Notes under the pieces: model-generated
Database searches by the model: none
Seen by the model: only the letters and a program-made list of their open reading frames with translations
What the model was told of the DNA's origin: nothing
Assembly (NCBI RefSeq): GCF_048593235.1
Contig: NC_133620.1
Span: 441,345,261-441,409,260 of the forward strand
DNA from: Sminthopsis crassicaudata
Taxonomy: Eukaryota
Length of the DNA stretch: 64,000 nucleotides
Direction: 5' to 3'
Position numbers and translations under genes: made by a program
Shown: in pieces, positions 12,602 to 24,440 of the stretch
Layout: each line of letters opens with the position of its first letter
Position numbering within the stretch: position 1 is the stretch's first letter

Positions 12602-15600
12602 CCCCAACCAAAAATTAAACTTGAAATACAAAAATTAAAAGGAGAAATCAATAATATTGAAAGTAAAAAAAACTATTGAATTAATAAATAAAACCAAGAG
12701 TTGGTTTTATGAAAAAGCAATAAAATAGATAAACCTTTGGTAAATCTGATCAGAAAAAAGAAAGAGGAAAATCAAATTGTTAGTCTTACAAATGAAAAGG
12801 GGGATATTTCCACCAATGAAGAGGAAATTAGAGAAATAATAAGGAGTTACTTTGCCCAACTTTATGCCAATAAATTTGATAACTTAAGTGAAATGGATGA
12901 CTTCCTCCAAAAATATAGGCTCCCTAGATTAACAGAGGAGGAGATAAATTGCTTAAATAGTCCCATTTCAGAAAAAGAAATAGAACAAGCTATTAATAAA
13001 CTCCCCAGGAAAAAATCCCCAGGACCAGATGGATTTACATGTGAATTCTACCAAACATTTAAAGAACAATTAGCCCCAATGCTATATAAACTATTTGAAA
13101 AAATAGGGGATGAAGGAGTCCTACCAAACTCCTTTTATGACACAGACATGGTACTGATACCTAAACCAGGTCGATCGAAAACTGAGAAAGAAAATTATAG
13201 ACCAATTTCCTTAATGAATATTGATGATAAAATCTTAAATAAGATATTAGCAAAAAGACTTCAGAAAATCATCCCCAGGATAATACACTATGATCAAGTA
13301 GGATTTATACCAGGAATGCAGGGCTGGTTTAATATTAGGAAAACTATTAGTATAATTGACTATATTAATAATCAAATTAATAAAAACCATATGATCATCT
13401 CAATAGATGCAGAAAAAGCATTTGACAAAATCCAACATCCATTCCTACTAAAAACTCTTGAGAGTATAGGAATAAATGGACTATTCCTTAGAATAATCAA
13501 GAGCATATATTTATGACCATCAGTAAGCATAATATGCAATAGAAATAAACTGCAACCTTTCCCAGTAAGATCAGGAGTGAAACAAGGTTGCCCACTATCA
13601 CCATTACTATTCAATATAGTACTAGAAACGCTAGCCTCGACAATAAGAGCCAAGAAAGAGATTCAAGGAATTAGAGTAGGAAATGAGGAAATCAAACTAT
13701 CACTCTTTGCAGATGACATGATGGTATACTTAGAGAACCCCAAAGACTCTGCTAAAAAGCTATTAGAATTAGAATCAGAATTTTAGCAAAGTGGCAGGAT
13801 ACAAAATAAATCCACATAAATCCTCAGCATTTTTATATATCACCAACAAAATGCAACAGCAAGAGATACAAAGAGAAATTCCATTCCAAACAAATGTTGA
13901 GAGCATAAAGTATTTGGGAATCCATCTACCAAAGAATAGTCAGGAATTATATGAGAAAAATTACAAAACACTTGCCACAAAAATAAAGTCAGATTTAAAT
14001 AATTGGAAAGACATTCAGTGCTCTTGGATAGGCCAAGCGAATATAATAAAGATGACAATACTCCCCAAACTAATCTATTTATTTAGTGCTATACCAATCA
14101 GACTCCCAAGAAACTATTTTAATGACCTAGAAAAAATAACAACAAAATTCATATGGAAGAATAAAAGGTTGAGAATTGCAAGGGAATTAATGAAAAAAAA
14201 GTCAGAGGAAGGTGGTCTAAGTGTACCTGATCTAAAGCTATATTATATAGCAGCAGTCACCAAAACCATTTGGTATTGGCTAAGAAATAGACCTGTAGAT
14301 CAGTGGAACAGATACAAAGGACAAAAAAGGGTACATCTATAGCAATCTAGTCTTTGACAAACCCAAAGATACAAACATTAGGGATAAAAATTCATTATTT
14401 GGAAAAAACTGTTGAGAAAACTGGAAATTAGTATGTCAGAAACTAGGCATGGACCCACATTTAACACCACATACTAAGATTAGATCAAAATGGGTCCAAG
14501 ATTTAGGCATAAAGAACGAAATCATAAATAAATTGGAGGAACATGGGATGGTTTACCTCTCAGACTTGTGGAGGAGGAAGGAGTTTGTGTCCAAGGGAGA
14601 ACTAGAGACCATTATTGATCACAAAATAGAAAATTTTGATTACACCAAATTAAAAATTTTCTGCACAAACAAAACTAATGCAAACAAGATTAGAAGGGAA
14701 GTAACAAATTGGGAAAACATTTTTACAGTTAAAGGTTCTGATAAAGGCCTCATCTCCAAAATATACAGAGACTTAAATTTATAAGAAATCAAGCCATTCT
14801 CCAATTGATAAATGGTCAAAGGATATGAACAGACAATTTTCAGATGATGAAATTAAAACTATTTCCACTCATATGAAAGAGTGTTCCAAATCACTATTGA
14901 TCAGAGAAATGCAAATTAAGACAACTCTGAGATATCATTACACACCTGTCAGATTGGCTAAGATGACAAGAACAAATAATGATGAATGTTGGAGGGGCTG
15001 TGGAAAAACTGGGACACTGATGCATGTGAAAGAAACCAACCATTCTGGAGAGCAATCTGGAATTATGCCCAAAAAGTTATCAAAATGTGCATACCCTTTG
15101 ACTCAGCCGTACTACTCCTGGGCTTATATCCCAAGGAAATACTAAAGAAGGGAAAGGGACCTGTATGTGCCAAAATGTTTGTGGCAGCTCTTTTTGTAGT
15201 AGCTAGAAACTGGAAGATGAATGGATGTCCATCAATTGGAGAATGGTTGGGTAAATTATGGTATATGAATGTTATGGAATATTATTGCTCTGTAAGAAAT
15301 GACCAGCAGGAGGAATACAGAGAGGTTTGGAGAGACTTACATGAACTGATGCTGAGTGAAATAAATAGAACCAGAAGATCTCTGTACACTTCAATGTTGT
15401 ATGAAGATGTATTCTGATGGAAGTGGATATCTCCAACATAAAGAAGATCCAACTCACTTCCAGTTGATCAATGATGGACAGAAATAACTACACCCAGAGA
15501 AGGAACACTGGGAAGCGAATGTAAATTGTTAGCACTACTGTCTATCTACCCAAGTTACTTATACCTTCGGAATCTAATACTTAATGTGCAACAAGAAAAT

Positions 15601-15794
15601 GGTATTTACACACATATATTGTATCTGGGTTATATTGTAACATATGTAAAATGTATGGGATTGCCTGTCATCTGGGGGAGGGAGTGGAGGGAGGGGGGGA
15701 TAATTTGGAAAGATGAATACAAGGGATAATATTATAAAAAAAATTACTCATGCATATATACTGTGGGGAAAAAAAATTCTAAATAAAAAAAAAA
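12602..15794 (+). mobile_element. 5'-truncated L1: disrupted ORF2 (RT and C-terminal region), 3' UTR and poly(A)
   Basis: [21 protein letters not shown] and FADDM motifs; 17-bp TSD AAGATTAAAAACCAATC (12585-12601, 15795-15811) at a TT/AAGA endonuclease site; several stops and frameshifts. Confidence 0.95.
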
Positions 15795-15849
15795 AAGATT
15801 AAAAACCAATCTCTGCTTGCCTCAGTTTCTCTGGTATCACAACTACAGA

Positions 15850-18000
15850 AGTTTAAATATATATATATATATAATTGAAAAACACTATTTGACAAAGATT
15901 AAATTAAAATTAAAGTTAAATCACAAATATTTGGAAAAATATTAAATGCTCACAAGTAAAATTGACAAAATAAAAACTAAAATACATGCTAAATTAGTTT
16001 ATTTGGTGCTGTACCAAACTTAAAATATTTTGTATACCCAGCGTGAAAAAAACAACAAAAAATTCCCAAGAGGAACAAAAGAAATCTAGAACACACAAGG
16101 GTAATAATGGAAAAAGAGGGGAAAAAAGGAGTTGAATACTACCAGTTCTCATCAGTTTATTTAACCCAACTGTACTAATAAGCAATAATCATGTAAATGA
16201 GTTGGTACTTTTTTTAAAAAGAGAGAGCAGTTGATCAGGAGCAATGGGAGAGCAGCACACAGAAGGGAATGATTAAGAAGTTGATAAATCCAAAGACCCC
16301 AGTTATTGAGGGAAGGACTTATTTGATAAAAACTACTAGAAAATAGGATATTAATCTGACATAAAGTAGGGTTAGAACGATGCCTTGTAGCATATAGTAA
16401 GAAAAACTACAAATGGTTCATGGCTGTCAAGTTAGAGGAGAATGGAAGAAAACAGCTTTCATTTCTACATTATATATGGGGAAAGATTTCATGACTAATT
16501 AGGCAATAAAATCACAAAATAAAATAAAAAATTCTGATTATATAAGATTAAAAATTTTTGTATAAACAAATCTAATGCCATAAAAATTAGAAGGAAATGA
16601 GTATGTGGGAAATTATTTTTGAAACAAGTTTCTCTGCTAAAGATATCATTTCCAAAATGGATTCAGATGTACATTTTATAAGATTAAGAGCCATTAGATA
16701 CCTAGGAATACAATCCATTGGCAATCATATTTAAATTAGTAAGAGAATTAATGCAAATATGAGATTGTATGTCACACTGATGAGACTAGCAAAGATAACA
16801 AATTTGGAAAATGATAAGTGTTAGGGGGACTACGGGAAAAGAAGTATACACATTCACACTGTTGGAAAAACTGTTGAATTGGATCAGAGATTCTGGAATG
16901 AATGCGAAATTAGGCTGGATATGATAAATGTGGAAATATGTTTAGAAGAATTGCACATGTTTAACCTATATTGGATTACTAGCTGTCTAGGGGAGAGGGG
17001 AGGAAGAAAAATTTGGAACACAAGGTTTTGAAAGCATGAATTTTGAAAAGTGTCTTTGCATATATTTATTTTAAAAAAGAAATTAGGCTAGAAAATTATC
17101 TTTAAACTGTTTATATACTTTGACTCAACTATACTACTACAAGATTGTACAGGGTCTTGAGGGAGGACTAACCTCTCTGCTGTGAGGGCTTGTCCATCCT
17201 TGTTCATCCATCTCTTGATGTCCAACTGGTCACTGAACTTCTACCTGTGGCTCCAAGAAACTGTAGCATATTTCAGCAGATGGGCTAAACTAGGTTGAAG
17301 TTAATTGATAGGCTTCAAAGCATGTGAAAACATTTTGTTTCAGTGGCTATGAAGGTGGCTGAAGCAGATGTTTAGAGCTTGGTCAGACATCAAAGGCTTC
17401 AAGGAAGGTTGTCCATTTCATCCCAGGCCATTACCAGTCTTGACATTTGTCCTGTTATTGGACTTTGATGACTCTGGAAGAAAGAGTGAAGATGATGACT
17501 GTGCAACTCGGCCTAACAAATTCAATTCATAAATAAGTGATCACCCTATATGGTCCTCTTCAAAAAGGGATTCCTAAATCTATATAATCCCTCACCAAAA
17601 GAAAAAGGATCCACATGTAAATAAATTTTTATAGCAGAGTAGTCAAAAATTGGAAAGTTAGGTGCTCTTCTCATATTAGGAAATGGCTAAACAAATTGTA
17701 GTCTGTGAAGGTAATAGCATGTTATTGGGCCATAAAAATAATATAATGGACAATTTTAGTGGGAATTGGGACAAACCTCTATGAATTGCCATGTAAGGAA
17801 ATAACAAGAATTTGTGCTACTTAAGAAATTATAAAGAAAAACATCTTTGAAAGATTTTAGAATTCAGGAACACAATAAATTGCAAAAGAATGAAGATGAA
17901 ATACATCACACATCTCTAGCCAGAGAGGCGAAATTTAAAATGCAGGAGACATACATTTTTTTTTTTTAATCCCTTTATAGTTATGTGCTGAAGGGTTTAA
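15850..18000 (+). mobile_element. Old L1 relics (ORF2 3' half and UTR) with an RTE-like fragment at about 17150-17530
   Basis: Degenerate matches to the younger L1; families and boundaries approximate. Confidence 0.5.
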
Positions 18001-19656
18001 AAAATTTTTTTGTCCAGTGTGGGAAGTTGGTTTGTCAGATGAAGAATAATGAGAGCAGAAAATTAAAAAAAAAAAAAAAAAACTACCCTAAGGGGGGAAA
18101 AAAAATTCTGTTCATATCCTTTGACCTTTTATTAAAGGGTTTATTTAATGTGTTTATAATATAACCTTTTTTATTTAAGTAATATATGGCAAGATCATGG
18201 TAATAGGAGATATTAGTATATACACCTACATTCTGGCAAACTTTTTTTCCCCCCCAGCAGTTTTCATTAAATATTGCCTCATTACTTCAATAGTTGAAGT
18301 ATTTGGATTTATTCTACAAAAGACAAGGTTCATTTTTATCTTTTTGTAGTACATCTGATCTTTCCTATAGATCATCTCTATTTTTAAACCATTATGAAAT
18401 CATTGTGATGATTAGCTGAATATTAAAGTTTGAGGAACGATATTCCTAAAACTCCCTAGTTTCCCCCCAATCTTTTCCTACCTAATGCTATGAAATAATT
18501 GTTGGGCAAATCTGAGTGATATAGCATTTAAAAAGTAAATCGATTTAAATAATATTGTCATTTTTATTATATCATTTCAGTCTATAACAACATTTCAATA
18601 TTCAGGACTATTTCCACAAGGAATAGTTTGTAGTTACATTAATCATAATGGAAATGATGGTAGTATTGATTATGGATATCCTTGTTAATCCATTTTATCC
18701 CAATTTACATATAAAGCCATCCCTTGGTTTTAGATGTTATTTATCTGACATTATATATTATAAGCTATATAAGAAATATTATTTATAATAATTAAGGGTC
18801 CCTTTATTGTGATATTTACTTGTTTAATGAACATAAATGGAGATTTATTTCATTAAAAGCTTTTCCTGCAGTTATGACTATAATACTGATTTGGGTTGCT
18901 AATTATAGATGAATGTAATCTATATTACCAGTAACTTTCTTAATACCTAAACAAACTACATTTCTAACATAAATTCAATCTGGCTAAAATAGTTAATATT
19001 ATCAGTATATTGATGGACTGATAATTTTTCAAACTTCCCCCAGTGTTCATTAGGAATACGAATCCGTGGTTTGTTTTGACTTTTAAATCCTCACGTTTAG
19101 ATATGAAAAGTATGTTGGGATCTCTGCTCCTTTTCTCAAATATGAATTAGTTTTGAGAATTGAACTGTACTGAACTTCTTACCCAAATGGATTAAATAAT
19201 ATAAGTGATGAGACAAAGGAAAAGAACCGGAAGAACCTGTATGGAAAATAAAGAGAACCGGGAGTTCAGGCGGGACTCAGGGGATTATCAGGTTTTTTTT
19301 TTTTCCCGTAATGGAAAGGGAGGATTGAATTTGCCCTAGGGAGGTTTCATAACCCCAAAGGACTTGTGAGGAGCATGCGCGTCGAAGCTGCGGGTGTCCG
19401 GGATGGAGGGCGGAGAGTAAGCAAGCAAAGGGGAGCCAGAGTTGCCAGGCAAAGGTCCAGGGAAAGTTTAAAGGACGGCAAGCGCTGAAGGTGTTTTTCC
19501 GCCGCCTTTGAGTGCCTCGGTCCGGGGGCGTGCGGGGAAGAGGTGGGCTTCCAAGTTTTTGGGCGAGCAAGGAAGCGGGGCAGACGTGTGGGTGAGAGCG
19601 AGCAACTTTTAAAGGACTTTTGGCGCGAGACAGCTCCTTCGCGAGAAAAGGTGGGT

Positions 19657-19672
19657 GGCTCTGAAAAGAGCC
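19657..19672 (-). terminator. Histone mRNA 3' stem-loop (H2B)
   Basis: GGCTCTTTTCAGAGCC on the minus strand, then ACCCAC and HDE-like GAAGGAGCTG. Confidence 0.97.
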
Positions 19673-19720
19673 TTTGTTTCGGGGCGGGGGCGGCGCGAGC
19701 GACTCCGGNNNNNNNNNNNN

Positions 19721-20101
19721 NNNNNNNNNNNNNNNNNNNNNNNNNNNNNNNNNNNNNNNNNNNNNNNNNNNNNNNNNNNNNNNNNNNNNNNNNNNNNNNN
19801 NNNNNNNNNNNNNNNNNNNNNNNNNNNNNNNNNNNNNNNNNNNNNNNNNNNNNNNNNNNNNNNNNNNNNNNNNNNNNNNNNNNNNNNNNNNNNNNNNNNN
19901 NNNNNNNNNNNNNNNNNNNNNNNNNNNNNNNNNNNNNNNNNNNNNNNNNNNNNNNNNNNNNNNNNNNNNNNNNNNNNNNNNNNNNNNNNNNNNNNNNNNN
20001 NNNNNNNNNNNNNNNNNNNNNNNNNNNNNNNNNNGAGCCTTGGTCACGGCTTTCTTGGAGCCCTTCTTGGGGGCAGGGGCGGACTTGGCCGGCTCGGGCA
20101 T
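19721..20101 (-). CDS. Histone H2B, core masked by Ns (19709-20034); stop position inferred from a 126-aa length
   Basis: MPEPAKSAPAPKKGSKKAVTKA visible; octamer/TATA promoter and stem-loop present. Confidence 0.9.
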
Positions 20102-20873
<772 letters not shown>

Positions 20874-20918
20874 GCCGACTCGGCTCCCGGGGCCGAAAGG
20901 CTCACTCCCGAAACCAAC

Positions 20919-20934
20919 GGCTCTTTTCAGAGCC
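20919..20934 (+). terminator. Histone mRNA 3' stem-loop (H2A)
   Basis: GGCTCTTTTCAGAGCC-ACCCA, then HDE-like GAAAAGGGGCTG. Confidence 0.97.
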
Positions 20935-22148
20935 ACCCACCCTGTCAGAGAAAAGGGGCTGTTTCCGAACTTCGGCTTCGTTCCCGATCCCGGTGGCCGC
21001 CGGCGCCCGAAAGCGGCGTGATGAGCCGCGTACGTACCCCTTTCCCGTCCCTCAGTTCCGGCACGAACCGGAGTCGCCCCAGTCAATACTCAGCAACCCG
21101 AGTACGGGAGGAAAGTCCCCGCTTCCCTTAGCGAGGTCGAGTCAGGACCCCCGTTTCTCTCTCGCTTCACCCAGTTAGCTGATTCCCCTCCCCCCAGTCC
21201 GCAAGGCTGTTGGTCACAACGTTCAATGCCACTTTGTCCCGACACATAAGGCGACCAAGTTTTGTCCGGCGCCCCAATGTACTGCACTTGACAGGAACGT
21301 CGACCAGTGTGGCCGGCCGACTGCCGTTCTCGGGGCGATGACCCCCAGGGCGTTGGAAGTGACTCGCTAAAGTGCCCGTAGCCCAAACTTTCCCTCGGAT
21401 AACTCGGGAGCTTCACTCCCGGCCAATCCGCCGCTTAGGCGGGCTTTTCGTTCGCAGTCCTGAGCCCCATACGCAATGGAACCCTGGGAGGGAGGGAGGA
21501 ACGGGTTGGTGAGGGGAGGAAGAGACGGTGGTGGCGGTGGTGGCAGAGTTTCTGGCTGCTGGAAGTAGCGTCCCGCACCTTTAGGACTACTGTTGTAACT
21601 TAACAGGAGGGAGAAGTGGAAATAAAACCGAAGTTCCTGGTCCCTGTGGTCTCGGGAGTGCCGGCCGGTGTTTTTTTAAGCGGGCGTTGGGTGGGTGCCC
21701 TGAAAAGCCAAGGGCGTGCCCTGGAGAAGCGCGGGAGGGTCAAGTCGGTGGCCGGCCGCGCAAAAATTCCAGCGAACTGTGGAAAGTTGGGGGAATCCAT
21801 CGGGCACGGGCACACGTCAGCGCCCCGAACAAACGTCTGAGGTGTTCTTTTCCCGCCGAACAGAGGGAGAGGGCGAACAGGAAAGGGGGAGGTGGGAGAA
21901 AGGCAAGGAGACCCAGAGTTTGCGGGGAAGGGACTGCACAACTTTTTCGACGGACTGGTTACCAGAAAAGCCAGTGGTGGGAGAAGGGATGAACAAACGA
22001 GATCTACTCAGCGGGCTCAGGTTTTTCCGCGAGGGTCAAGCTGGGGTGGGGGGTGGGGCCGAAGTGAAAGGGCGGAGGAAGAGTGGGGTGGGAGGGGCGT
22101 GGGAAGGGTTGAGGGGCGGGGCGGCGGAGAGACGGCAAACCGGGAGGT

Positions 22149-22734
<586 letters not shown>

Positions 22735-22772
22735 GGTGCCGCTTTCCGCCCGTGGAAGTCTACACCCCCAAA

Positions 22773-22788
22773 GGCTCTTTTCAGAGCC
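22773..22788 (+). terminator. Histone mRNA 3' stem-loop (H3)
   Basis: GGCTCTTTTCAGAGCC-ACCCA, then GAGAGTAGCTG. Confidence 0.97.
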
Positions 22789-23593
22789 ACCCACGATCTC
22801 ACGAGAGTAGCTGTAATCGCGCCCATTTTTTTTTTTCCTTCCCTCCCTCCCCTAACCTTGCAACTGGCACTTATTTCTGGGTTTCGCTGCATATAGAAAT
22901 GGAATTCATGGGCCTTCCCTTGGACGGTCAGCGGATTTTCAGGGTTTTGATTCTTGTACAAATGACATGGCAACTTGGCAGGTGGGTCTTTTCGGCGGAA
23001 GTAGCCGCGAAACGGCAGCTTCCTCTTGGTCCCTGCTGCTGTCTTGACCCAATGACGAAGGACTGACTCCCGCAAGTGCCCGCGTACTGCGGAGACAGAT
23101 GGTTAGCTAGTGAATGCGCCGAGGGCGGCGCTGCGTCCAATTCCTTTTGCCCTCCCTGCCCTCCCTGCTGGTTTTACTTGCGCGCACGCACACAAGTCAG
23201 GAGTGGAGCATGCACACTGGCAACTAAACGTTTTTTAGTAAACTTCCGATTTGGGGGAGAAAGAGGGGGGAAAGAGCAAAGCAAAACCCCTCTCCTTGTT
23301 CAACGCACAGACTTTGGCCAACTGGGCAAGGGAGACAGACGGGGGACGGGACATTTTTTTTTCTTAACACTGCCATCAGCACAAGGAAAACGAGGAGGAG
23401 CGAAGAACATTGGGTTGGATGGATATATGCTACTTATTATTAAATAATTTTTACGATATCTTACTTTTATTTGCGAATTTTTTTTTTTTTATTTGCTCAT
23501 TTAGGTGGGTTTTTTATTTTAATAGGATTGCAATATTTTCTCTAGAAACTGGCGGGGTCGAGAGGTTCAGCTCTTTTCCTGAGGCGAGTGGGT

Positions 23594-23609
23594 GGCTCTG
23601 AAAAGAGCC
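23594..23609 (-). terminator. Histone mRNA 3' stem-loop (H1)
   Basis: GGCTCTTTTCAGAGCC-ACCCA on the minus strand, then HDE-like AGGAAAAGAGCTG. Confidence 0.97.
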
Positions 23610-23641
23610 TTTGGGTGGGTCAAGGTTCGAGCGCTACCTCT

Positions 23642-24300
23642 CTACTTCTTGGCTGTCGCCTTCTTGCTTTTGGCGGCTTTGGGCTTCGCCGTCTTGGGCT
23701 TGGCCACCTTCTTGGCCTTGGCCGCCTTGGGCTTAGCTGGGCTCTTGGCCACCTTCTTGGGCTTGGCCGCCTTGGCCTTCTTCGGGCTCTTGGTCGCCTT
23801 CTTGGCGGCCGCCGGCTTCTTGGCTTTCTTCGGGCTCTTCTTCACCGTCTTCTTGGCGCCTGCGGCACCCGTCGCCTTCTTGGGCTTCTTGGCGGCACCG
23901 GCAGCCTTCTTGGTCTTGGCCGAGGCCGGCTTCTTGGCCTTAGTCTTCGTGTCGGCCGTCGGGGCCTTCTTGTTCAGCTTGAAAGAGCCCGAGGCGCCGG
24001 TGCCCTTGGTCTGCACCAGGGTCCCCTTGCTCACCAGGCTCTTGAGCCCCAGCTTGATGCGGCTGTTGTTCTTGTCCACGTCGTAGCCCGCCGCCGCCAG
24101 CGCCTTCTTCAGGGCTGCCAGGGACACGCCATTGCGCTCCTTGGAGGCGCTCACGGCTTTCGTGATCAGCTCCGACACGGGCGGACCCGCGGCCTTGCGC
24201 CGCGCTCCCCGGCGGCCGAAGCCCGCTTGCCCTTCTTCTTGGCCGGAGCCTTCTCCGCGGGGGCCGGGGCAGCGGGAGCGGCGGGGGCCGTCTCGGACAT
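23642..24300 (-). CDS. Replication-dependent linker histone H1 with a 1-bp frameshift at the C4 run 24207-24210
   Basis: [11 protein letters not shown] start at 24300; globular domain (GPPVSELI...[38 protein letters not shown]) and KSPKK tail; ATG to stop is 659 bp, and one extra base gives 219 aa. Confidence 0.9.
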
Positions 24301-24389
24301 GGCAGCGAAGGGACCGTACAGCAGCGACAGCGAGAAGTCACTAGAGGACGCCGCGGACTCGCGAATAAGCGAGCTCCGCGCTGACCCAC

Positions 24390-24440
24390 TTATATATAGG
24401 TAAGGGCTGCGCCGTGATTGGTGCGCTGCCCCCAGCCCTC
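24390..24440 (-). promoter_or_regulatory. H1 proximal promoter
   Basis: CTATATATAA at 24390-24399, CCAAT at 24417-24421, GC-box-like GAGGGCTGGGGGC just upstream. Confidence 0.75.

Larger units (their letters stand above)
11740..15840 (+). mobile_element. Host LTR split by a solo LTR and an L1
   Basis: Fragments 11740-11861, 12342-12601 and 15795-15840 join into an LTR ending CTCAGTTTCTCTGGTATCACA; left boundary approximate. Confidence 0.6.

Noticed and set aside
23642-24178. Listed 178-aa H1 ORF as the full gene
   Set aside because: It begins at a GTG after the frameshift; the real ATG is at 24300.
23588-24403. 271-aa plus-strand Leu/Gly-rich ORF
   Set aside because: Antisense shadow of the Lys/Ala-rich H1 codons.
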